A stretch of 64,000 nt of DNA. Origin: Sarea resinae. Its lineage: Eukaryota. Shown here in pieces: positions 39,002 to 49,395 of this stretch. Each line of letters starts with the position of its first letter. The first letter of the stretch is position 1. A program made the translations under genes and the position numbers. The stretch covers positions 248,001 to 312,000 of the forward strand of contig JAPEUD010000003.1 of assembly GCA_026026165.1 (NCBI GenBank), given 5' to 3'. Under the pieces are notes generated by a model. That model worked only from the letters and a program-made list of their open reading frames with translations, had not been told where the DNA came from and did not search any database.

Positions 39002-39766
39002 ATGGCCAATCCAAAAATATCAACATACCACTGCGCGCAATGCACGCAGCTGCTACTAGCAACGACGTACCTCCTCCCCAGTCCCAGCCCCAGCCGCGGC
39101 GCCGACGACTCCGACTCAGCCACTAGACAAGAGGGCGGTAAACAGCTACAACAGCAGCAGGAGGAGGAGGAACAGCAGGGCGCAAAGGTCCCGAGCCGCA
39201 GGCCGCCAGGGCTAGACGGCGCATTCATCCTGCCACTGCTAGCGCCGCCCCGTGCATCTACGTCCGTTTCTGGGGATCCAGACGACGCCGGGGACGAGGA
39301 CGACGGGTCCGAGAACGAGGACAACGACGGGTCCGAGAACGAAAGCATGGCCGCCCCGCCTCCTCCTGCCCCAACCACAACAACAACAGAAAAAGCAGCA
39401 GCAAAACCCTCCGCCAACAAAAACGCCCAAAGCCAAGCCTTCACGCTCCCGCTCGCGCACCTCGTGGCCCCGCGCGCCGCCCGCGCCACCATCGTCCAGC
39501 GCCCCGACGGCTTCGAGAAACGCCATCTCTGGCGTTGTGGCCGGTGTCGGTGCGTCGTGGCCTACACGCTCGACGGCGTGCATTATGCCAGTGCCGGTGC
39601 TGGTGCTGGCGATACACAGAGCGGGAGTCGCGGCGGGGATGTCGGTGTGGTCGGGGAAGAGGGCGAAGGAAGAGAGAGGGAGAGGGAGAAGAGAATGCTC
39701 TATGTACTACGAGACGCCCTGGTGAGCACGGAGGAGCTGAAGGCGATCGCGGGGCGGAGTCAATAA
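39002..39766 (+). CDS. STEEP1/CXorf56-like zinc-ribbon protein with low-complexity inserts
   Basis: TYHCAQCTQLLL..., LDGAFILP, IVQRPDGFEKRHLWRCGRCRCVVAY, LYVLRDALVST. The two Cys pairs and the RxxGxExx..C..C..Y pattern resemble the STEEP1 family. Confidence 0.6.
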   Translation: MANPKISTYHCAQCTQLLLATTYLLPSPSPSRGADDSDSATRQEGGKQLQQQQEEEEQQGAKVPSRRPPGLDGAFILPLLAPPRASTSVSGDPDDAGDEDDGSENEDNDGSENESMAAPPPPAPTTTTTEKAAAKPSANKNAQSQAFTLPLAHLVAPRAARATIVQRPDGFEKRHLWRCGRCRCVVAYTLDGVHYASAGAGAGDTQSGSRGGDVGVVGEEGEGREREREKRMLYVLRDALVSTEELKAIAGRSQ

Positions 39767-40574
39767 GTGAGGGAGGGAGGAAGGGACGGATGCAGGGTGC
39801 GATGGGAGCAAGTGGCTTTTGCAGGACCAAGATTGATAAACGGTGCATCATGACGTTTATACCGCGCGCGGCGTTTCACGGCGGGGGAGAGTAGTAGTGA
39901 GAGTATTGGATATCGGGTCTCTTGCCTTTCACAGCATATTTATTTCTATCGGGATAGACTTCCGGCGTATCAGCGAAAAGCGAAACTCTTCTTTTCAACT
40001 TAAGAGTTGTATTTCTCATGCAATCAATGCCCGACCTGCGCTATCTATGAATGAATAAAAAAAATGCCAATGCCAATACACCACCGCCGCCCAACGTAGG
40101 GGAGACTCCCGTCGATTCGTTCATTGATCCGGCCCTATCCGTGATTGAAATTCCCTTGAGCACCACCCGCGAAAGAAGACATGGAAATCGAAGAATAGAG
40201 ATGTCGGGATGTGCGAACAATGTCCATCTTCCCTTAGAAGCACCACATGAATCTGTTTTCTACTCGCTCCAAGGAGTCACGTATGTCGGAGCCGATAGCT
40301 GAGTGGAGCAGCTGATCGTGAATCATTTGCAGTGAGGCGTAGAACTTTCGGGACTTTCGCAGTTCGAGCTACACGCTGCGGGCTGGATGGAGACGCAAAA
40401 AGTGAGTAGGTATGGGATATGGGCGAGAAACTGGTGGAATGGCCTCGAAGATAGAAAGATGCGTTATGCGGAGGATGTGTAGGCGTTATGCGGGGATGAT
40501 AAACATGTTGCCCATATCGAACGGATTTCTTCTCAACTCGACAAGCAAGAGAAGCGGGAGAGTAAAGCGACTGT

Positions 40575-41566
40575 TTAGTTTGCGAGAATCGTGCGGACAA
40601 GGTCTGATAGGTAAGGTGATTAGCTAGGATTTGGATGACAATATGACAGTACAAATGAAAGATATGCGGACCTGTGTAGTTGATCTCTCCGCTGCTAGTG
40701 TCAACAGCTTTCAGTAGCTCATCCACTTCGTCATCGCTCATCTTTTCACCGAGGTTCGTGAGGACTGTCAAAAGCGTATCGCGTTAGCTTCTGGCCCTTG
40801 TGCAGTCCGCATTGAGCCGTGCTTTTGTCTCTCTAGTTGTAATCGATCGAGACGTTGAGGAGGATACATACTATATCGCAACTGTCCTACGCCTATAAAT
40901 CCCGTCATGTCTTTATCGAAGACTTGGAATCCGCGGCAATATTCTTCTGGTTCACCCGGATCGCGGAATCCGCCTGGACGGTTGAGCACCTTTGAGAAGG
41001 AATCGAAGTCGACTGCAGGAACGCGTTAGCCGTGTCTCGGCGATTCAACTCGCACAAGCGATCTTCGTCCGAAGAAAAGGCAAACGAGAAGCTTACAATC
41101 ACCGCCAATGCTCTGCTCCAAGTCTTTCACTTCAGAGAGGGTCGGATTCTGGCCGCAAGCGCGGAGCAGATCGCCCAGGGACTCGAGCGCGACGCGACCG
41201 TTGCCGCGCTTGTCGAACAGCGCAAAGGCTTCTTTGTAATTTGTGGAAGTCTGATGATTCCCGTTAGAAGGAGAATGCTCCATTGTGGATGGAATGAATG
41301 AATGCGGGGCTTGCGAAAATATAGAGGGTGATTGTTTGTGGGCAGAGAGGATGAGTGCGCGAGGTCTGGATGATGACTATGATGACGATGATGGATGGAG
41401 AGGGAATGGAAGGACAGCGGTGGTGGTGGTGGTGGTGTTCGAGCCAAGGAAAACAGTCGCGGGCGGGATTTTGTTTGGGTGCGTGCGTCCGAGAGCGTGC
41501 TGCTGTCCTCTCGTTCCGCTGTCCTGAAGGGCAAGGATGGCGAGAAGTGTAGAAAAAACTCACCAT
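40575..41566 (-). CDS. cdc4: Myosin light chain (Cdc4/Mlc1 EF-hand), 5 exons, first coding exon ATG only
   Basis: TSTNYKEAFALFDKRG..LGDLLRACGQNPT, GFQVFDKDMTGFIGVGQLRY, LTNLGEKMSDDEVDELLK, DLVRTILAN*. ATG at 41566 is immediately followed by GTGAGT. Confidence 0.9.
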
Positions 41567-42070
41567 GATTGACGAATTGGACTTGACGAGGTAATTCGGG
41601 TATCTTGGGATCAGAGACGTGTGAAATTCGGTCAGTAGACGTGATAGATGGTATTGGAGAAGAGAGGAATGTGAGTTGGGGAGAATGGCTGAAAGACTGA
41701 GACTGAGAGACTGAGAGTTGAAGAATTCAAGGAGGGTCGCCCTTCTGTGTGACCGTCTTGGTGTGGTCTTCCCAGTGTGTTTTGTGCCCACAGCCGATCG
41801 GCCGTTGCGCAGCAACCACCTCCCATCTAGGCACTAGCACCCCCCTAATCCCCCACTCGCCGATAAACAATCAAGATCTCCCTTCGGAACAACACAACAC
41901 CATCACAACGGGATCATATATCTCAGATAGTTCGTGTTATGAACTTGGTCACCGAGGTCTTTATAAATGCATCGATCAACCTCAGTTTCTGGCAAATATC
42001 TAAATTCTCTAACAATTGAACAAGAGATGGAAGGAGCTCAGAAGAAAGGGAAATCGGGCAGAAATATATA

Positions 42071-43571
42071 TTAGGCGTCCCACACCATCTCAATAGTAGC
42101 TGTCGCCGTACCCTCTGCGACCTGGATTTGGCGGAATTCAAATCTCTTATCCGCTTCCTTGAATAGGCCGATGAACTCATCCAGTTCACGCTCGCGCGAG
42201 TTTTGCATGGTTAGCATGAGCAGATCCATGCCACTACAATGTTCAGCATTCATTCGATTACCATTGCCAGCAAGAGAGCGTTGTCGTACCGTATGTTTCT
42301 CTCAGCCATGAGCGGCAGAGTATTAGGTTCGGGAAGTACGTGGTCACTTATCAATACCTTGGCACCTGACTTAAGAGCAGGAATCAAATTCTTGATAATC
42401 TTCAGGGCGTACGGGTCGGAATGATTGTGGAAGATATATCGGAAGAGGTAGACGTCGGCCTTGACGGGCTGTTCCGTGAAGAAGTCGTGCGACATAAGAG
42501 TGATGCGGTCAGTAAAATCAGATGGTATGCTGCCCTTGGCTTGCGCGTCTTCAATCACCTCGGGTCGATCCTGTACGACGAAGCTGAGCGAGGGATACTT
42601 TTTGGCCAACTCGACGGTTATATGGCCCTCTGAACCCCCCACATCTACTACCGTTGCATCGCCCAGTTTGCCCCAAGGGTATTTCTCTACGAGGAAGATG
42701 GGCGGGTGGGCGACGTGGGTTTGCATGGACCTCATGGCACCTGCAAAACGTCTGGCCAATTCCGGTTTCTCAGCAAGATACTCATATACGGGCTTGTTGG
42801 TGTTATTGGCAAGGTTGAACGCCTATGGACATTAGTAACGGCATTACTAGAGAAGACTGAAAATGGCTGACAGATTCATTTGGCTCCTGGCTATTGTCAA
42901 ACTGAATCAATGCGTCGACAGTCTGCACTCAAGTCAGTGCTGAAGGGTTTATTGTACCAGAATCGAGACGATGATCAACCTACACGGGCAAACATTCTCC
43001 AATTCCCATCAAAATTGACCCCGAGTCCATCCCGGACATCCGAATTCTCAGCTAGCAAACGCGACGCCGCTGTATGAGCAACGAATCCTTTCCGAGGTTC
43101 GCAAAAGGCATGGTGGTAAGCCATTCCATGGCGTAAGATCCGGCGCAAATTGGGTTCGTAGAGACCACAAAGCTCAGCCAAACGGGGATACGAAATCTCT
43201 TCACCAATCGGAAATTTCGAGGGAATATCAAGGCGGTAGATTAATTCGAGCGCAGTGAGATTATACTATTAAGCCCAGCCCGTGTCAGAACGACACTGAA
43301 CAGGAAAAGGGATGCTTATTGATTGGGCACGTACCGTCGTAGGGCACACAAGGGAGAGAGGCCCCTGGAGGAGATCTTGGAGTTCCACCGAGGCTTGGAT
43401 AGCATCGAGACGAGTCTGATCGATCTCTGATTCTACTGGCAGCCCTAAATCGACGGGTATATCGATATCAAAAGATGGCGAAGGCTTGCCCTGAGAACGC
43501 AAATACTCGTCAATCTTTTTGGTGTTCGTTGAGATGAGATTGGCAAGCTCAACGATTCTAGACGAAGCCAT
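42071..43571 (-). CDS. Class II O-methyltransferase (fungal OmtA/Methyltransf_2 family), 5 exons
   Basis: N-terminus MASSRIVELANLISTNT..PSFD, LRRILR, VAHTAASRLL, VVDVGGSEG, VVQD, HDFFTEQP, YLFRYIFHN, NSRERE. The spliced frame appears intact. Confidence 0.88.
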
Positions 43572-44638
43572 GGTTGATCTTGATATAGTACCAACTGTTG
43601 ATGTATTTCAAGGAGAACGAGAGGGGGCAGGTTCCAGGGTGAGATTCTTTTCCATTTTGGTAAGCGGTATACGCAAGACAAAGTCCCATTTAGATATATC
43701 TGAGGCTCCCGAGTCATTGCGCTGGGCCCTTGATGGTGCAATTGCAGCATCCAAAACCCCTGCCCACATCTGTTTACCTTCCTGCCATTCACGGTAATCA
43801 GCTCACGGACCAAGCCCTTGAGGTCAGCAGCTGGGCGATCGTCGTGCTATATTGATCCCGCGTTAGCAGTGCATCCTGTTATCGATGAGTCATAAGGCCT
43901 CGTAGTGACTTCCGCTGTAGAAAGGCAAGGATGTCAGCTTCAAGCCGCCAACCCCACCTCCGTCGCCTTGTGACCTTTGCTCGCTATCATTGATGTTGCG
44001 CCCCCAAGTCGATGCGACCACCGAAATCGGGAGAAAGTATCAACACCAAGCACAACGACTTTAGATATCATACGGAGAACGTGACCGTTTAGTTTGCTAG
44101 AAGGGCGGTACACAACGGCTTGAAATCGCTTTTGAGGGCCTTGGTCTTCTTGTTTGCTTTTACTCGGACGAGTGCACACAGATGGTCCCTCGGTATCACT
44201 TGGATGGCTTGGGCTGGGGCTGGAGGCTGGAGGCTGGAGGCTGGAACTAGCTACCTACTTAACTACCTAGTATACCTTAGGTAAGGTGCTACGTTACAGC
44301 TTCACTCCAGCTATCCCCATCCTCTATAGCATCATCACTATTCTCATCCTCATCCTCATCATCGTCAGGAACGACAGTACGAATACTATTGTCGTGACGA
44401 GTAGTGCACCCCACCAACATCTAGATATTCATAATTGCCCATCAACGACAATCTGGCGCTTCACTCCCGCATCAAGCTCCTCCTTGCTTCGATCATCCTC
44501 TTCACCACCATATCTCTCATCCTGGCTTACCCGTCGCGGGTTGCATCCCGCATCTCCTCGATCGTTAACCAGATCAGGCCAGCGAACATCAAGCCGCACA
44601 ATTGGTCTTCTTACACGAGCTTCAGACCCATTACGAAC

Positions 44639-46871
44639 ATGAGCATGGCGCCCCAATCTTTCAAGAAGCCCCCTCAGCTCCCGCCAGTCTTCACGGCAAC
44701 GCCTTCATCGCTGATAGAAGATACGAACCGCCTGATTGAGAAGTCGCGAAAAATCCAGGATGATATCGTTGCTGGCGTCAAGCCGGAAGATGCGTCGTTC
44801 CACAAGGTTCTACTGCCGATGGCTTATGATGAAAATACAATGGGACTCGAGACGCACATTATAGGCTTCTACCAAGCGGTCTCCACTGACCAGGCTCTTC
44901 GAGATGCTTCGACCGAAGCCGAGAAGTTGATGAATGACTTCTCTATCGAATCGGCCATGCGAGACGACGTCTTCAATCTTGTGGATGCTGCCTTGAAAAA
45001 GGAAGAGAAGCTAGACCCCGAATCGCAACGCTTGTTGGAAAAGGAGCACAAGGGATACATCAGATATGGGCTTGGGCTGCCTCCGGGCCCACAGCGGGAT
45101 CGGTTCAAGGAGATCAAAAAGAGATTGGGGCAGATTGCCATCGTCTTCTTGAAGAACTTGAATGAGGAGACGAGTGGGCTCTGGTTCACACCAGAAGAGC
45201 TGGATGGTGTGCCAGAGGACGTGATTGCAGGCTTAAAAAAGGGTGAAGGCGAAAATGCTGGAAAGTTATGGCTCACCTTCAAGTACCCAGATCTCTTTCC
45301 AACTTTGAAATACGCCAAAAATGCCGAGGTGCGCAAGAAGGTCTTCGTGCAAAACGAGAACAAGTGCAATCAGAATGTACCCCTCTTCCGAGAAGCAATT
45401 GTTTTGCGGGATGAAGCCGCTAGATTGCTAGGGTACCCCAATCATGCCGCCTTCAAACTGGAAGACACGATGGCGAAGTCGCCAGAAACCGTGGAGACAT
45501 TCTTGGGGGACCTCCGCTCACGTTTGACGGAAGGAGGCAAAGCCGAGATTGAGAAATTGAAGGCCTTGAAAAAGCAAGACCTGGATGCCCGTGAGCAAGG
45601 AAAGGAATTCGATGGAAATTACTATCTCTGGGACAATCGATACTACGATCGTTTGATGCTAGAGCAGGACTATTCTCTTGACCAGCAGAAGGTCGCTGAG
45701 TATTTCCCTCTTCAGACTACGATAAGGGGTATGCTGCAGATCTTTGAGAAGCTCTTCGGTCTTGTCTTCGTCGAAGTTACGGGTGAAGACCGCGACCACC
45801 TTTCGGAAACGGGCAAGGGTTCTGACATCGTCTGGCACGAGGATGTCCAGGTCTTTAGTGTGTGGGATGATGAGGGTGAAGGCAATGGCTTTGTAGGATA
45901 TCTCTACCTTGACCTCTTCCCTCGCGAGGGCAAGTACGGCCACGCGGCGAATTTCAACATGCAATCAGTAAGTGGAAGTCTTCGGTAATTTCGGTGCCAT
46001 AGATACTAATGCTACAAAGGGCTTCATCGACGAGAATGGAAATCGTAGATATCCCGCCACCGCACTCGTGTGCAACTTCTCCAAACCCTCACCGAAGAAG
46101 CCGAGTCTCCTCAAACACGAGGAGGTCGTGACGCTCTTCCACGAACTAGGCCACGGCATCCATGATCTCGTCTCCAAAACGATTTACTCCCGCTTCCACG
46201 GTACCTCAACGGTGCGCGACTTTGTCGAGGCCCCAAGCCAAATGCTGGAGAACTGGTGCTGGACGCCCTCGCAGCTGAAATCGCTAAGCAGGCACTACTC
46301 GACCCTATCTCCGGAATACCTTGGGTCGTACGAGGAGGCCGTGGCTAGAGAAAACAAAGCCGGAGCCGAAAAGCCAGAGGAGCAGATCCCGGACAAGCTG
46401 ATCGCGAACCTGATCTCCACCAAACACGTCAACGACGCCATCTTCAACCTGCGCCAGCTGCACTTCGGCATCTTCGACATGACCGTGCACACGCCGTCGT
46501 CGCACGCCGACGCGCAAGCCCTGCAGATCTCAGCCCTCTACAACTCCCTCCGCAAATCCATCTGCCAGCTCGACGGGCCAGAAGTGCTCGGTGCGGCCCC
46601 GGACTGGGGCAACGGCCAAGCCACGTTCGGCCATCTGATCGGCGGCTACGACGCCGGCTATTACGGGTACCTGAGCAGTCAGGTCTACTCGGCTGACATG
46701 TTCTACTCGGTCTTCAAGAAGGACCCGATGAACCCTGCCGAGGGCCGCCGGTACCGACATACGGTCCTCGAACGTGGCGGGTCCCAGGACGAGATGCAGA
46801 CGCTTGAGGACTTCTTGGGCCGGAAACCGAGCCCCGAGGCTTTCTATCGCGAATTGGGACTTGAGGCGTAG
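44639..46871 (+). CDS. mepB: M3-family metallopeptidase MepB / saccharolysin (thimet oligopeptidase-like), 2 exons
   Basis: YLDLFPREGKYGHAA, zinc motif TLFHELGHGIH, DFVEAPSQMLENW, GYDAGYYGYL. Intron 45968-46019. First ATG at 44639. Confidence 0.93.
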
Positions 46872-48163
46872 CTTAAAAATGAGAAGAGATGAGAAGATGG
46901 ATGGATGGATGGCTGGCTGGCATAGAAAGGAGCTTTAAGGATATCCCAAAAAGTGTCTAGTTCTGCTTTTCCGGCTTTCCCAAGTCTGGGGTCAAGATCG
47001 CAGAGGCCCGAGTCGCAGAGATCGAACTATTGCCTACTTTGGGTAGATCTCTGTTTTCCAAATCACCTAGCCATTTCCAACGTCATCAATCAATCAATCA
47101 ATCGCGTGAGTGCCGACAGTGCTAATCACCGATCGTCACCCATCAGCCATCACCCGTGAGGCCCCACCCACCCGACGTCAAACCCAACATGACGCTCATC
47201 CTGACCCAAAGTACCAATACCAACGCATCAATACATCACGAAAATCCAAAGACCAAAAACAAAAACCTTCTTCCCACCCACCCCCCCCCCTCCCATCCCC
47301 TCCCATCCCCGCAACTACACTGCCCCTCCCTCATACCCCAGCTCCCACCATCTTCACTAGATAGTCAACCCACGACAGACCCGCCACCCCCGTCTTTCAA
47401 GATGTATTCTTAGGGAACTTCTAGAGTAGGAGATAGATGGTGAAGGTAAGGGATGGCGGAATTGGATATCAGTGTGATGAGATTGGTGCTCTGCCTGTCT
47501 ATCTATGCGTCTATCCATCTATCTATCCATCTACCTACATAACAGCTATTACCACTAAACCAAACCGAACCGTCATATCTTACCTCGCCTTACCATCCCT
47601 TACTGCCTAATGCTCTGCTCTGCTCTCCTCTACTCTATCAACCCAGAGTGTTGCCTTTATCAAAACAGCGGTTTTCTCTTATAGTAACACTAGTACTACT
47701 ACCACAACTATTACCACGACTATTACCATTACCAGAAGCGAGGATTCTCTAAAATCCAACTACTACCACTCTGACCCCTCCTGCAAACCAGTCACCCAAA
47801 AAAATATTTTTTTCCTCTAGCTTGCAAAACCAGTAGTGAAGAGTTATTCAAGAGTTATTAAGTTAGCTTTGTTTGATCTATTGCTTCTTTTAGAATGAAT
47901 TGCCTTTGAATTTAAAAACAAGGTCACTAGAGGGTTCTTCTAGTAATAAGTGACAGATGATAATTGCAGACGATAGAATCTGCAGATATAGAAACGATGG
48001 ATTCATGTAGACAAGAGAACAAGACTAGCAAGAGAGGAAAAAAAAAAGAAAAGAAGGAATATCACATGTAAAACAAATGGAAGATATGACATGCGCATGA
48101 TTGGAGCGAGCATCGAACACACAATGGATTGGATTCAAAGCCATGTCATGTTTACATCCAACA

Positions 48164-48235
48164 CCTGACCATACCATACTATACCATACCATACCATATC
48201 ATATCATATCATATCATATCATATCATATCATACC
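48164..48235. repeat. (ACCAT)n/(ATCAT)n pentamer microsatellite
   Basis: Read directly. Confidence 0.9.
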
Positions 48236-48448
48236 AAGGCATGGTGATGATAGCATGACAGAACGTGCAAATAAAAGTGGCCTACTCTACTCTACTCTCC
48301 GCTCTCCACCATGCATACGTACGACAGGGACCAAGGCAAGGTAAGAAGGACCGGTGCCGTTCTTTACAGGGGCTCGCCTCTCTGGGGCAAACGAACCTGC
48401 CCAATTGATGCCAATCGAGAGTGGATCGGCGATCCCGGATCATACTTC

Positions 48449-49395
48449 CGGAGATGCGTCCGTGTAGGTAAATCTGTAGCTCTCCAAGACCCCTTCAGGG
48501 ATGCGGAGATAGCTCCGACGGCGCGGAGGGCCCTGCAGTTGCAGTGGCGCTTTGGCACCGAGAGAGGAGCTGCATTGCAGCCAAGAGATGTTTCTTTTGT
48601 ATTTGTGCCAGTGATGAGGACAGGGAGGTCCTTCGTTCTATGTAAGTCGAAGGACGAGAATGGCGAAATATCTCCAACAACTTTGTCCTTGCCGCAGTAT
48701 TTGCTGCAGCCAGGTTCGACACCTTATTTTCTAAATCTACTAGCTGGCCCATGTCGCCTGACCCCATATCTTGCCATAAGTCGGGACATGATTATGGAGA
48801 AGAGCATTTGCCCCCTCTGCTGTGTGGAGCAGAAAGAAATAGTTGTTGAGGTGAGATCGAATGGCTCGACGGAAGCTTCTTCCGGGCCTGAGAGAGCAGG
48901 GAACACACCTACTGGTATGTATGTCCGGTGAGCTCCGTCCGGTCCATAGTCGCAAGAGCCTGCACATTGCAGACGATCGATAGAGTTGTTGAAGCTAAAC
49001 GCCAACTACCGACACAACATTAGTGCTCCCGTGCGTCAGGACTGAAACGGTCGAACCCGAACGACCTAGGGGTGGAGAATCGATAGGTCTCGGAGATGGC
49101 TCCGCTGTCCCCGCAACATCGCCAACGGATACCTCTGGGTGTTTCTTGCATTTTTGGCTCGTACATACCTCGTAGACAGCCGCAAGGATGAATTGCGACG
49201 CATCAGATCTCTCTTGGTCTCCTGCCATCACTACTGATTTGTTCGCCAGACTTGAGATTTGACACGCCGCGCGGGAACGGAGATGGCTCCGATGTATAGT
49301 TTGGAGATTTGCCGGCGGCGGAGGTAGCTCCGATGGAAATATACCGGGGGCGGAGGTGGCTCCGAAAGAAATTGCTGGGGGCGGAAGTAGCTCCG
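48449..49395. promoter_or_regulatory. Cluster of CGG-N8-CCG quasi-palindromes (consensus CGGARRTRGCTCCG), putative Zn2Cys6 binding sites
   Basis: Copies at 48504, 49091, 49278, 49319, 49351 and 49382, plus a variant at 48449; all in the same orientation. Confidence 0.65.

Noticed and set aside
48705..48730. tRNA T-loop-like GGTTCGA (also at about 60877)
   Set aside because: No cloverleaf stems or A-box could be built.
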